Positions 1 to 10,168 of a stretch of DNA of 64,000 nucleotides are shown here, piece by piece (the stretch's first letter is position 1; each line of letters starts with the position of its first letter). Made by a program: the position numbers and the translations under genes. Under the pieces are notes generated by a model, which saw only the letters and a program-made list of their open reading frames with translations, made no database searches and had not been told where the DNA came from. Source of the DNA: Planctomycetota bacterium (GTDB taxonomy: Bacteria; Planctomycetota; JAJSAM01; JAJVHW01); NCBI GenBank assembly GCA_965248445.1, contig CBDFJG010000001.1:416001-480000 (forward strand). Reading direction: 5' to 3'.

Positions 1-1110
1 GACGGTGATTCCGTCGTCGCCGTCGCGTTCGTGCACGCGCTCGCGGACACGGACGTGAAGGTCAACCTCGCCGCCAAGGGCCGGGTCGTGGTCGCCCTCG
101 ACGGGAAGATCGTGCACGACGGCGTCGTGGACGGCAGCGACCCAGCCAACACGAAGAAGCGCTCGACCGTCGCGAAGCTGAAGATCTCGAAGGGACGCCA
201 CCGGCTCTCCGTGATCACGGAGCGGCGCGGGCGGGCTGCGTTCGCGTTGGAACTGCAGGGCGGCGGCGAAGAGGGGCGGCTCGTGCGGATCGTTGCGGAC
301 ATGGACGAGGAGCCGTCGACGATGTGTCTCTCCGGCCGGGTGCTGCGCCCCGCCGGCGCCCGCGGCGCGGCGGGCGTATCCGTCGAACTGGCCGTCGGCG
401 ACGCGAAGCACACGACGAAGAGCGACGCGGCGGGGCTCTACTGGTTCGCGGACGTGCCGGCGGGTGCGGCGGTAGTGACCGCTGGCAGCGCACCGGTCCG
501 CACCGTCACGGTGGACGACGCGAACGTCACGGGCGTCGACATCCGTCTGCCCGATACGAAGGAGCCGACGGTTACGCTGCCCGCCGGGAGCGACGGCAGG
601 CACGTCGGCTCGCTCCTTGTGCTCACCGCGGACGTGAAGGACGACGGCAAGGTGCGGCAAGTCCGTCTCCTTCTCGGTGGAGACGAAGCCGCGCCCCCAC
701 TCACCGCTCCGCCGTGGCGCTTCGAGGTCGATGTCGCGGGGCGCGACCGCGGTCCGCTCGCACTCGAGGTCCGCGCGAGCGATGCGTCCGGCAAGGAAGG
801 CACGAGCGGCGAGATCAAGGTGCGCCTGGTCAACGACAAGAGCGGGCCGAAGGTGACGCTCTCCGGTCTCTCCGCGAACGCGCTGCTCAGGAAGACCGCA
901 AGGCTCGTTGCGAAGGTGAGCGATCCGATCGGCGTACGGAGCGTCTCGTTCTCGGTGGACGGCGCGCCGGGCGACACGCTGACCGCGGCGCCCTACGAGA
1001 TCGCGCTGAACCCCGCCGCGTTCGAGAAGGGGAAGCACCTGGTCGAGATCGTGGCGAGGGACACGGACGGACACGAGACAAAGAAGAAGCTGCCATTCCG
1101 CGTCCGGTGA
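1..1110 (+). CDS. 5'-truncated secreted/surface protein with a carboxypeptidase-regulatory-like domain and two Ig-like (Big) domains
   Basis: Frame is open from base 1. Contains 'LSGRVLRP...GVSVEL...TKSDAAGLYWFADVPAG' and two repeats of the type 'P(T/K)VTL...A.V.D..GV..V...V/LGG...LTAPP(W/Y)'. Confidence 0.7.
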   Translation, partial: DGDSVVAVAFVHALADTDVKVNLAAKGRVVVALDGKIVHDGVVDGSDPANTKKRSTVAKLKISKGRHRLSVITERRGRAAFALELQGGGEEGRLVRIVADMDEEPSTMCLSGRVLRPAGARGAAGVSVELAVGDAKHTTKSDAAGLYWFADVPAGAAVVTAGSAPVRTVTVDDANVTGVDIRLPDTKEPTVTLPAGSDGRHVGSLLVLTADVKDDGKVRQVRLLLGGDEAAPPLTAPPWRFEVDVAGRDRGPLALEVRASDASGKEGTSGEIKVRLVNDKSGPKVTLSGLSANALLRKTARLVAKVSDPIGVRSVSFSVDGAPGDTLTAAPYEIALNPAAFEKGKHLVEIVARDTDGHETKKKLPFRVR

Positions 1111-1248
1111 GTCGCGGTCGTCAGTCCGATGGACCCGCGACTGAGGCGCCCCATACCGGCGTCGTCGTAGGGGCCGGGTTCCACCCCCGTCCGCGCGGGG
1201 ACGCGTTCCGCACACACGAGAGGTCGGACGCAGAAGCCCGTCGAGCGG

Positions 1249-1881
1249 TCAGCCGCCGCGGCGATTGACCTGGTTGATGACCTTGCGCGCCTTCTTCTTG
1301 CCGAGCGCATTCTGCAGCGCCTTGTCGCGCTCGCGCTTGAGGTCGCTCTGCAACTTGCTGTCGCCGTCGGTGCGCGCCTTCCAGCTCTTCGTGAACCAGT
1401 CCGTGAGGATCGGCGTGGCGGCGGCCTCTTCGTCCTCGGTCAGGTCGGATCCCTCGAACGCGCGGTCGAGCGCGCGCCGCTGCCAGGCCGCCAGAGGGTC
1501 CTCGTCCGGCTCATCGTCGGCTTCGTCGTTCTTCCCGTCGGCGCCGAGCGCCTTCTTCAGGTCCTCGCGCTCGCTCTCGGTCAGTTCTTCCGGCTTGATC
1601 GGCTTGAGCAGCGCTTTGGCGTCCTCCATGGCCTTCTCGAGGCGGTCGAGCATGGCCGTGTCGGGAGTCTCCGCACCGCGCTCCTTCTCGTAGGAGGCCT
1701 CGAGCGTCGTGAGGATCCGCTTGGTGCGCACCATGCGCAGCACGGGCTTCACCTTCACTGCAGGCGGTGCCTCGGCAGCCTCGTCCTCCGCGAGGAGCCC
1801 CTGAGAGAAGACCAGCGGGCCCGAGATCGCGAGCCAGGCTCCGAAGAGCAGTGCCGCAGAAATGGTGAGAGTGAGTCGCAT
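1249..1881 (-). CDS. Secreted, Glu/Lys-rich helical hypothetical protein
   Basis: ATG at 1881 with GGAGG upstream; signal-peptide-like N-terminus MRLTLTISAALLFGAWLA. Confidence 0.7.
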   Translation of the reverse strand: MRLTLTISAALLFGAWLAISGPLVFSQGLLAEDEAAEAPPAVKVKPVLRMVRTKRILTTLEASYEKERGAETPDTAMLDRLEKAMEDAKALLKPIKPEELTESEREDLKKALGADGKNDEADDEPDEDPLAAWQRRALDRAFEGSDLTEDEEAAATPILTDWFTKSWKARTDGDSKLQSDLKRERDKALQNALGKKKARKVINQVNRRGG

Positions 1882-2012
1882 CGTGGCCTCCGTGCGTTGT
1901 CCCGACTGGGTCTCGTTCGAGGTCAACCACCCCGCCCATCGTTCGGACGCCGTGAGGAACCGGGGTGTTCCAGCGGTCGTCCGTGGGCGGAGAAGGAGAT
2001 ATCCTCGCCGCC

Positions 2013-3803
2013 ATGCCCAAGCTGCACAAGACCGCCACGACCCTCTCGCTCCTGGCCCTCCTGCTGGCCTCGGGGCCGACGATCGCCACCTCGATCGCCC
2101 GCGCCGACGGCAAGGGCTCCGACATCGGAGGCCCCGAACGCGCCGCGGTGCGCAATGACCGGACGCGCTTCGGACTCGATCCCGCGGCGATGTCGGACAC
2201 CGAGAAGGCGGAGCGACTGGCCTCCATCGAGGTGGAGTACGAGGGGCTGCGCCGCAACCAGGATCTCGTCCAGGTCCGCACCCGCCGCAACCGGATCACA
2301 TTCGTCGGCGAGATGAAGTACCCACCGGCCGCGGAGTTCCTCAAGAAGGCGTTCACGACCGACCGCGACGTGCGTGCGCGAGCAGCGGCGATGGCGGCGG
2401 TCGGCAAGTGCGGCGATCCCGACGCGATCGAGTTCGTGGTCAAGAAGGTTCTCGCGAACGCGCGCAAGGATCCCGTGTACGTCGCTCAACTCGGCCGGAT
2501 GTTCGCCGAGGTCGAGAACCAGCAAGCCGCCGAGTGGATCGTCACGCGCCTGAGGCAAAAGGACCAGACGACCCTCGCGAACGTTGTCGAGGCCGTCGGC
2601 TACGGGGGCTCCCCCACGGCGGTGCCGGCGCTGGTGGCTCTGATCGAGAAGACCAAGAACGCGCCGGTCAAGTTCGAGGCGTTGCGCGCGCTCGGACGCT
2701 GCGGTAGGTCCGACGCGATCCCGACACTCCTGCTCTACATCGACGACTCCGACTGGCGCATGCGCATGGCAGCCGCCGAGGGTCTCGGGTACACGGAAGA
2801 CGCGAACGTGATCGACCATCTCGCGCCGCTCATCGCGCGTCACGAGGAACCGATCGTGGTCGAGACGGCGGCCGAAGCCGTCGCGACGCTCGGGACCCCG
2901 GCGGCTGTCGAACCACTGATCAAGTGCCTCGACGTCGGGCGGCTCCGCGCGCGGCAGAAGGCACGCAAGGGCCTTGTGAACATCGCCCGCCGCGACTACC
3001 GCATGGACAAGGACTATCACGTCGATCCGAACGCGTGGAGATCGTGGTGGCGCAAGATCAAGAGCGGCATCGACCCCGACGACCCGACGGTCTCGGGCCG
3101 CGACACCGCGTCCTACTTCACTTTCCCGGTGCACAGCGACCGCGTGCTCTTCATCCTGGACGTATCCGGATCGATGGAGTGGCCGAACGCGCCGCGGGCC
3201 GCCAACATCAAGCCATCCGCCTGGAGAGGCCGCCGCATCGACCTGGCGCACAGCGAGCTCTTCGCGGCACTGCGGGGGCTCGCCAAGCAGAACAAGGGCC
3301 GCATCAAGAAGAAGGGCAGCAAGGGCCGGACCGGCGACCTGCCGTACGCACCTGACGAGAACGGCGTGGAGCCGCCGACCCTCTTCAACGTCGCCACGTT
3401 CGCCGGGCACGTCCCCTCCTGGCAGAAGGAGCCCGTCCTCGCCAGCGAGGAGAACGTCGAGGCCGCCATCAAGTGGCTGACTGTGCAGTTCCCGCGCGGC
3501 GGCACGAACACACACGGCGCGCTCGAGTTCGCGCTCGCGCAGCCCAACGTCGATACCGTGTTCTTCCTCTCCGACGGCGTGCCGTCGGTCGGCAAGATCG
3601 AGGAGCCGGAGCACATCCTCGCCGACGTGCGCCGCATGAACCGTTTCCGGCGCATCACGATCAACACCGTTGCGCTCATCGTCGGTCGCTCCTCCATCGA
3701 GAAGGCGCTCAAGTACGAGGACCCCGAGGAGATGGCGGACTTCATGAACCGCATCGCCACGGAGAACTACGGGAAGTTCGCCGACGAGTCGCGGCCCCAA
3801 TAG
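2013..3803 (+). CDS. Secreted HEAT-repeat + VWA domain protein
   Basis: Signal peptide; HEAT repeats (VRARAAAMAAVG, WRMRMAAAEGLG); MIDAS DVSGS, GGTNT, LSDG. Confidence 0.85.
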   Translation: MPKLHKTATTLSLLALLLASGPTIATSIARADGKGSDIGGPERAAVRNDRTRFGLDPAAMSDTEKAERLASIEVEYEGLRRNQDLVQVRTRRNRITFVGEMKYPPAAEFLKKAFTTDRDVRARAAAMAAVGKCGDPDAIEFVVKKVLANARKDPVYVAQLGRMFAEVENQQAAEWIVTRLRQKDQTTLANVVEAVGYGGSPTAVPALVALIEKTKNAPVKFEALRALGRCGRSDAIPTLLLYIDDSDWRMRMAAAEGLGYTEDANVIDHLAPLIARHEEPIVVETAAEAVATLGTPAAVEPLIKCLDVGRLRARQKARKGLVNIARRDYRMDKDYHVDPNAWRSWWRKIKSGIDPDDPTVSGRDTASYFTFPVHSDRVLFILDVSGSMEWPNAPRAANIKPSAWRGRRIDLAHSELFAALRGLAKQNKGRIKKKGSKGRTGDLPYAPDENGVEPPTLFNVATFAGHVPSWQKEPVLASEENVEAAIKWLTVQFPRGGTNTHGALEFALAQPNVDTVFFLSDGVPSVGKIEEPEHILADVRRMNRFRRITINTVALIVGRSSIEKALKYEDPEEMADFMNRIATENYGKFADESRPQ

Positions 3804-3819
3804 AGATGGCACAGTAGCG

Positions 3820-5343
3820 ATGCAGCCGCGATACGCAGGACCCCGCCAGATTCGCGGAGCCGGCGGCGCGCTCCTGATCGCCGCCATCGCGAGCATCGCG
3901 CTCGCGGCGGACAGTCCCCGGTTCAAGGCGCTGAAGAAGGAGTACGGCGCGCTCAGTCGGAATCACGACGACGAGGCCAGCCGGGCCCGCCGGCTCGTCC
4001 TTCTCGAGATGTTCGACGTGCGCGAGGAGTCCGGCGCCCGCAAGCTGCTCAAGAAGGCGCTCGGCGACGAGAAGCGCATCGACAACCGGGTGGCGGTCGT
4101 CCATCTGCTGGCGGGCTGCGGCGACCCGAAGGCGTTCACCAGCATGCTCTCCGGCCTGAAGAAGGAGCGCTTTCGCGCACCGGTGCTCGCGATCGGGCGC
4201 GGACTCGGCTTCACCCCCGACGCCGCCCGCGCCGATGTCTCGACGGCGGCCCTGAAGGCCTTGAAGAGGGCGAAGGAGGATCTCCGTTCCGCCCTTCTCG
4301 AGGGCCTCGGAGAACTCGGAGCCGCCGAGGCGACACCCGCCCTGCTGGCCTACGAGCCGGACGATACGGTCGAGGGCTTCTACCGCAACCGCAGCATCGG
4401 ACTGTGCAACGGTGAGGGCGCCGAAGCGTTCCTGCTGACGGAGTTGGACAACGCCTACCCCGCGTATCGCCGCGGGGCCGTGCAGGGCCTGGCCGCCATC
4501 GGCAGCGACACGGCGCTCGCGGCGCTGACCAAGACGGCGCTACACGATCTCGACTCGCGCGTCGTGCGCGCCGCCGCGGAGGCGCTGGCTGCCGCCGGCC
4601 ACAAGGCCGCGGCCCCCGAGATGGCCAAGGAGCTGCATCGCTCCCACTGGCGGCGCACGCGCGAGGTCCTGCGTCAGTCACTGAAGACCCTGCTCGGCAA
4701 GGACCTCGGTTACGACGCCAAGAAATGGGAGGCCGCGGCCGCGGGCAAGCCCTCGACACCCGGCGAACTGCCGAAGCAACCTGAGTTCTTCGGCGTCCCG
4801 GTCGCCACCAACTCGGTGCTCGTCATGCTCGACACGTCGCGCTCGGTCCAGTGGATGGGCCGCCTGGAGCGCGAGATCGAGGGGTGCCAGGAGTTCATCA
4901 CGGGGCTCCCTGACGACGCGTTCTTCAGCGTCTGGAACGTGACCCGCAGCTCACAGAAGTACGAAGAGGGCATGGTCGCCGCCGAGTCCCACCGCGACAG
5001 CGCGATCGCGTGGCTCGGCGAACAGAAGTCCGGGCGGGGCTGGCTGTACGTCAAGCGGGCGCTCAAGGAGGCCGTCTCGGACCTGCCGACGGTGGACACG
5101 ATCGTGTTCGCCACCGACTCGCATCCGTGGGGTGAGACCGCGGAAGAGACGTCCCTCGAGACGATCGAGACGTTCCGACACCTGAACCGGGACACCGACG
5201 TCCGTCTCGTCATCGCTCTCGTCATGCCCGGCGGCCGCTTCGAGCAGAGCGAACGCAGCGAAGTCGAGATCGAGGAGCGCATCGAGTTCCTCACCCAGCT
5301 CGCCGAGGAGTCCGGCGGCACGTTCGTGCACGTAGACGAGTAG
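3820..5343 (+). CDS. Secreted HEAT-repeat + divergent VWA domain protein
   Basis: HEAT repeats (YRRGAVQGLAAIG, VVRAAAEALA); FFGVPV...VMLDTSRS MIDAS-like motif; paralogous to the upstream gene. Confidence 0.8.
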   Translation: MQPRYAGPRQIRGAGGALLIAAIASIALAADSPRFKALKKEYGALSRNHDDEASRARRLVLLEMFDVREESGARKLLKKALGDEKRIDNRVAVVHLLAGCGDPKAFTSMLSGLKKERFRAPVLAIGRGLGFTPDAARADVSTAALKALKRAKEDLRSALLEGLGELGAAEATPALLAYEPDDTVEGFYRNRSIGLCNGEGAEAFLLTELDNAYPAYRRGAVQGLAAIGSDTALAALTKTALHDLDSRVVRAAAEALAAAGHKAAAPEMAKELHRSHWRRTREVLRQSLKTLLGKDLGYDAKKWEAAAAGKPSTPGELPKQPEFFGVPVATNSVLVMLDTSRSVQWMGRLEREIEGCQEFITGLPDDAFFSVWNVTRSSQKYEEGMVAAESHRDSAIAWLGEQKSGRGWLYVKRALKEAVSDLPTVDTIVFATDSHPWGETAEETSLETIETFRHLNRDTDVRLVIALVMPGGRFEQSERSEVEIEERIEFLTQLAEESGGTFVHVDE

Positions 5344-6693
5344 CTACTCGCCGTCCGACCGCAGCGTGAGCCTGCCCGGTCGGTCGGCGACGACGCGCGC
5401 CGCCCGGCTCCCCCACCATGCGGCGAACACGGCGGGCTCCCGCCCGAGAAGCGGCAGGAACTCCTCCGCCAAACCGTCGTCGAGGACGCGCGCGACGGCC
5501 TCGCGCACGTGCGCCTCCCGCTCCGGGGTGCGCCACACCTGATCGGCGGCGACGCGCAGCAGCGCGGGGTGGCCGGCCGCCGCGAGCGGAGGCAGCGCGT
5601 CGCGCACGGAGCGGGGAGCTCTCTCGGGACGCCCCTCGAATCCGCCGGGAACGGGCGCCGACAGGCGCTCCCACGCAGCGAGCACCAGCTCGGCGCGCGG
5701 GAAGGAGGGGCGGTGACCTGCGGCGAGGCCATGCAGCGGGCGAGCCGCATCCACGTTCGCGAGGGGCGCTACGGTCCAGAATGCCAGCTTCGTGGCGCGC
5801 GCCGACCGGGGCAGCGGCTTGCCGTCCTTGCGCGGTGCGAACCACGAGTTGCGCGCGTGGTAGTAGAGACCCGTGCTCGACGCCGACGATGAGGCGCGGG
5901 CGAGAACGAGCATCCGTGAAGGTCCGGCAGGCAGTCCCGCCGGGGCGTCGGCCGTGAGCTGCGCCGTCGTCTCCACGGGCACGAAGCCACGATCCGGCAG
6001 ATGCACTTCGGCCAAGCGGTGGAACGTCGAGTCCACCGCCCGTCCGTTGTATCCGCCGCGCAAGAGGGTCCCGCCGGTCCACCGCGCCGGGATGCCCAGG
6101 CGCCGGCAGATGGCCACGAACGCGAACGTGCTCTCGCTGCACGAGCCTTCGCCCGCCAGGAGAACGTCGGGAGCGGAGCGCCAGCCGCCGTCCAGCTCGT
6201 AGCTGACCGATTGACGCACGTGCGCAAGCGCGGCGTAGGCCAGGGCGTGCGGCGAGTCGTCGTCGGCAGCCGCGCGCACCGCCGTCGCCGCGGCGCGGAC
6301 GGCGTCGTGGTCGAGCCCGAGGATCTCGTCGTCTGCGAGGCACGCCGCCAGCTCGGCCTGGCTCGGCGCGGCGGCGCCTGAGTCGTCGAACTCGATCTCC
6401 GCGAGCCACGCGAACGTGACCGCGTCCCCGGCAGCCAGCACATCGACCACGGCATGGGCCGTCCAGCCATCTCCGGCACTGCGCCGCAGCTCGAAGTCAT
6501 GCGGGGAGAGCCGGACCCAGTGCACGCGCTGGCCGTGCCCGGACTGCGGTAGGACGAGATCGCACGCGATGCGTCGCAGGGTCGCCGGCGCGTCGTTCCG
6601 GACCGTGTCCTCGAAGCGGACCAGGTAGCGCTCACCGGCGTGGCCGTGCGCCGTCAGGACAAGGAGTAGGGCAGCGGACAGCGGCCAACGCAC
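5344..6693 (-). CDS. Secreted transglutaminase-like domain protein
   Basis: GSCSE (catalytic Cys), FVAICRRLGIPAR, FHRLAEV, FVPVETT; signal peptide. Confidence 0.8.
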   Translation of the reverse strand: MRWPLSAALLLVLTAHGHAGERYLVRFEDTVRNDAPATLRRIACDLVLPQSGHGQRVHWVRLSPHDFELRRSAGDGWTAHAVVDVLAAGDAVTFAWLAEIEFDDSGAAAPSQAELAACLADDEILGLDHDAVRAAATAVRAAADDDSPHALAYAALAHVRQSVSYELDGGWRSAPDVLLAGEGSCSESTFAFVAICRRLGIPARWTGGTLLRGGYNGRAVDSTFHRLAEVHLPDRGFVPVETTAQLTADAPAGLPAGPSRMLVLARASSSASSTGLYYHARNSWFAPRKDGKPLPRSARATKLAFWTVAPLANVDAARPLHGLAAGHRPSFPRAELVLAAWERLSAPVPGGFEGRPERAPRSVRDALPPLAAAGHPALLRVAADQVWRTPEREAHVREAVARVLDDGLAEEFLPLLGREPAVFAAWWGSRAARVVADRPGRLTLRSDGE

Positions 6694-6702
6694 ACATAGA
6701 GG

Positions 6703-8397
6703 CTACAGCGCGAGGTAGAGCACGTACGCCGCCAGCAGGACGGCCGCCCAGAGCGCGGTCGCGCCGCTGGACCAGGGCTCACCGAGCACGCCCTGCGGGC
6801 TGTGCAGCTTGCGAATGCGCGCTGCGAGCATGGCGAAGAGCGCGAGCGCTGCCGCGATCAGGGCGCTCCACACGCCGCCACCGACACGTCGGACGAAGCC
6901 GACGGTGTTCGGGAGCACGCGGCGATACGACCAGTCCGCGTCGAGGACAGTCGAGCGCAGTTCCGGCGGATACCGGCCGGAGAGGTTGAGCCAGACGAAC
7001 GCCAGTGCGGAGAAGAAGAGGACCTGCAACTGCGTGATCACGTGCCCCGCCGTGTACGGCACGTAGTCGACCGCGTACGGGACCATCTTGTAGAGGAACA
7101 CCTCGGGGAAGCACCCGTTGAAGATGCACAGCGCCGCCGCGATGCTCATGGCGATGAGCATGTTGCGGGGCGCCTCCTTGCAGCGGATCCCCGAGTCGTG
7201 GGCGAAGAACGCGAAGAACGGGATCTTGATGCCCGCGTGGTGGAATACGCCGGCTGACGCAAACAGGAGTACCAGCCACACGGCGATGTGGCCTTCGTGC
7301 ATCGCGGCGGACATCACCATCGACTTGCTGACGAATCCGCTGAACAACGGGAACGCCGAGATCGAGCATGCACCGACGATGCAGAGCGCCGCCGTCTTGG
7401 GCATGCTCTTGTAGAGCCCGCCGAGGTCGCTCCCGTTGATCTTGCCCGTTCTGTAGAGCACCGCGCCCATGGACATGAACAGCAGGCCCTTGAACATCAC
7501 GTCGTTGAACGCGTGCGCGACCGTGCCGTTGAGTGCCAGCTCGGTGCCGATGCCGATGCCGACCACCATGAAACCGATCTGGTTGATCATGCTGTACGCG
7601 AGCACGCGCCGCAGGTCGTTCTCGATGACTGCGAAGAATATCGGGAAGCCGGCCATTCCGGCGCCGACGTAGATGAGCGCTTCCGTGCCCGCGAAACCAC
7701 GCAGGAGCGCATACACCGCGACCTTCGTCGTGAACGCGCTCAGAAACACCGCGCCGCTCGGCGTCGACTCGGGGTACGCGTCCGTCAGCCAGTTGTGCAG
7801 CAGCGGGAACGCGCACTTGATGCCGAACGCAGCCAGGATGAGGTTGGTGCCCGGGGTTCCCGCGCCCAGGTGGTCGAACTCGATCGAACCCGAGGCCTGG
7901 TAGTGGAGGATGATCCCCGCCAAGAGCAGCACGCCCGAGCCGACCTGAACGATCAGGTAGCGCATGCCGGAGCGGAATGCGCGCTCGGTCCCGCTCGCCC
8001 AGACCAGGAACGCGGAGCTGACCGCGAGGATCTCCCAGAACACGAACAGGGTGACGAGGTCGCCCGCGAGGACCGCGCCGACGGCGCTCGCTCCGTAGAT
8101 CAGCGCAGCCGGGTGTTCGACGCGGCTCTTCGCCCGCAGCGAGAAGATCAAGCCGACGAACACGGCGATGTGGAACAGGTATGCGAACAGGCGGCTCGTC
8201 CCGTCGACCCGCACGAGAGTGAACTCGTAGTCGAAGACGCTGATCTGTCCGAACTCGCCCTCGCCGAGGCTCCACAAGTACGCGCAACTGACGATCGGCA
8301 GGAGCAGCACGAACGCCGCGCGCAGCTTGCCGCGCAACGCCGGCACGAGCAGCGCGCCGAGGATCATGATGGCAGCGGGCGGGAGGCTACCGATCAT
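6703..8397 (-). CDS. mrpD: Mrp Na+/H+ antiporter subunit D paralogue (NuoL/M-like)
   Basis: Polytopic; FWE motif, PLLHNWLTDAYP, LAYSMINQIG; operon context. Confidence 0.85.
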   Translation of the reverse strand: MIGSLPPAAIMILGALLVPALRGKLRAAFVLLLPIVSCAYLWSLGEGEFGQISVFDYEFTLVRVDGTSRLFAYLFHIAVFVGLIFSLRAKSRVEHPAALIYGASAVGAVLAGDLVTLFVFWEILAVSSAFLVWASGTERAFRSGMRYLIVQVGSGVLLLAGIILHYQASGSIEFDHLGAGTPGTNLILAAFGIKCAFPLLHNWLTDAYPESTPSGAVFLSAFTTKVAVYALLRGFAGTEALIYVGAGMAGFPIFFAVIENDLRRVLAYSMINQIGFMVVGIGIGTELALNGTVAHAFNDVMFKGLLFMSMGAVLYRTGKINGSDLGGLYKSMPKTAALCIVGACSISAFPLFSGFVSKSMVMSAAMHEGHIAVWLVLLFASAGVFHHAGIKIPFFAFFAHDSGIRCKEAPRNMLIAMSIAAALCIFNGCFPEVFLYKMVPYAVDYVPYTAGHVITQLQVLFFSALAFVWLNLSGRYPPELRSTVLDADWSYRRVLPNTVGFVRRVGGGVWSALIAAALALFAMLAARIRKLHSPQGVLGEPWSSGATALWAAVLLAAYVLYLAL

Positions 8398-8674
8398 AGT
8401 AGTCCTCGTCGCGCATCAGCACCCTGCGCATCTGCTTCGAGACGAGCACCAGCACGACGCAGCCGATGAACCCGTAGATCGCGTAGAAGCCCGGCAGGTT
8501 CTCCCACCAGTGCTCCGCGTGCCGCACGTCAGGTCCGCCGAAGTTGTGCCAGGCCACGATGACGATGTCGATCAGGAACAGCAGCCCACACACGACGTAG
8601 AGCGCACGCAACAGCCGCTGCGTGTTGCGCGGGTCATCGAACATGTGCTTCTTGCCGTCGGGGTCAGGTGTCAT
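8387..8674 (-). CDS. Small two-TM membrane protein in the Mrp operon
   Basis: 95 aa, PGFYAIYGF, C-terminal RDEDYYD; lies between mrpD paralogues. Confidence 0.75.
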   Translation of the reverse strand: MTPDPDGKKHMFDDPRNTQRLLRALYVVCGLLFLIDIVIVAWHNFGGPDVRHAEHWWENLPGFYAIYGFIGCVVLVLVSKQMRRVLMRDEDYYDR

Positions 8675-8677
8675 GGA

Positions 8678-10168
8678 TCAACCTCCCCCCGCAATGGGCA
8701 GGAGCAAGTCGTAGACGTGCTCCGCGAAGAAGAACATCACGACGCAGCCGAGCGCGGTCACGCAGAGCGGCACGACGCACAGCAGCGGCGCCTCGTGAAT
8801 GCCGTCCGCGGGCGCGTGATGGTCGTCGTCCGCGTGCTCGACCGGCTTGACGGGCACGAAGAACGCCCGCCCCACCACGGGCATCAGGTAGCCGATGCTC
8901 AGCAGCGAGCTGACCATGAACGCGGCGACGAACACCAGGTGGCCGGAATCGGCGGCGCCCAGCGCCAGGTACCATTTGCTCCAGGAACCGCCGAGTGGCG
9001 GCAGCCCGATGATGCTGAGCGACCCCACCAGGAACGCGATCATCGTGAACGGCATCGTGCGACCGATGCCGTCCATCTCGCTGATCTTCTTCTTGTGCGT
9101 CGCGACCATGATTGCGCCGGCACAGAAGAAGAGCGTGATCTTGCCCATCGCATGCATCGCGATGTGCATGCCGCCACCGATGGCAGCCTGGGGCGTCGCG
9201 AGCGCAGCGGCCAGAACGATGTACGCCAGTTGGCTGATCGTCGAGTACGCCAGCCGCGCCTTCAGGTTGTCCTTCGTGAGCGCGATCACGGACGCGCAGA
9301 TCATGGTGAATCCGGCGGCGTACATGAGCCACACCGACGCGCCGGTCGTCGTCAGGAAGTCGGTCCCGAAGATGTACACCGAGATCTTGAGCACTGTGAA
9401 CACGCCGGCCTTCACGACGGCGACGGCATGGAGCAGCGCGCTCACCGGTGTGGGCGCGACCATCGCGGCCGGCAGCCATTTGTGGAAGGGCATCAGCGCG
9501 GCCTTGCCCGTCCCGAACGCGAACAGGCCGAGCAGCACGGGGACGACCCAGCCCTCGGCCTTGCCCTCGAGAATGCCACCCGGCGTGAACTCCACGGTGC
9601 CCGAGATCTGCCAGGTCCAGATCACGGCGAGCAACAGGAACGCGACCGAGGTGGAGACCAGGATGCCGAGGTACTTGCGGCCCGCCCGCTTGGCCTCCTC
9701 GTTGCCGTGGTGCGTGACCAGCGGGTACGTCGAGAACGTCAGCACTTCGTAGAAGACGAACAGCGTGAACAGGTTGCGTGAGAACGCGATGCCGAGCGCC
9801 GCGAAGATCGCGAGTGCGAAGCAGATGAAGAACCGTGTCTGGTTCTTCTCGTGGTGCCCGCGCATGTAGCCGAACGCGTAGAACGACGTGACCGGCCAGA
9901 GCCCGCCCGCCACGAGCGCGTAGACCATGCCGAGCGGCTCGACCTTGAACCCGAGCGTCAGACCGGGCAGCACGTCGACCAGGTCGAGCACGGGACGCTC
10001 GCCGCCCGTGACCATCCCGGCGAGGTTGACGACGAAGAACAGGGTGATCGCACCGGCGACGATGGTCACCGTCTCGCGCACGTTCGGCCAGCGGCCGCAC
10101 AGCGCGACACCGCACGCCCCGACTACCGGGGTCAGAAGAGCCAGGGCGATGGTCGTCCCCGGACTCAC
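8678..10168 (-). CDS. mrpD: Mrp antiporter subunit D paralogue
   Basis: GTG start overlaps the upstream TAG; FYEVLT, PFHKWLPAAMVAPTPVSALLHA, LAYSTISQL. Confidence 0.85.
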   Translation of the reverse strand: MSPGTTIALALLTPVVGACGVALCGRWPNVRETVTIVAGAITLFFVVNLAGMVTGGERPVLDLVDVLPGLTLGFKVEPLGMVYALVAGGLWPVTSFYAFGYMRGHHEKNQTRFFICFALAIFAALGIAFSRNLFTLFVFYEVLTFSTYPLVTHHGNEEAKRAGRKYLGILVSTSVAFLLLAVIWTWQISGTVEFTPGGILEGKAEGWVVPVLLGLFAFGTGKAALMPFHKWLPAAMVAPTPVSALLHAVAVVKAGVFTVLKISVYIFGTDFLTTTGASVWLMYAAGFTMICASVIALTKDNLKARLAYSTISQLAYIVLAAALATPQAAIGGGMHIAMHAMGKITLFFCAGAIMVATHKKKISEMDGIGRTMPFTMIAFLVGSLSIIGLPPLGGSWSKWYLALGAADSGHLVFVAAFMVSSLLSIGYLMPVVGRAFFVPVKPVEHADDDHHAPADGIHEAPLLCVVPLCVTALGCVVMFFFAEHVYDLLLPIAGGG

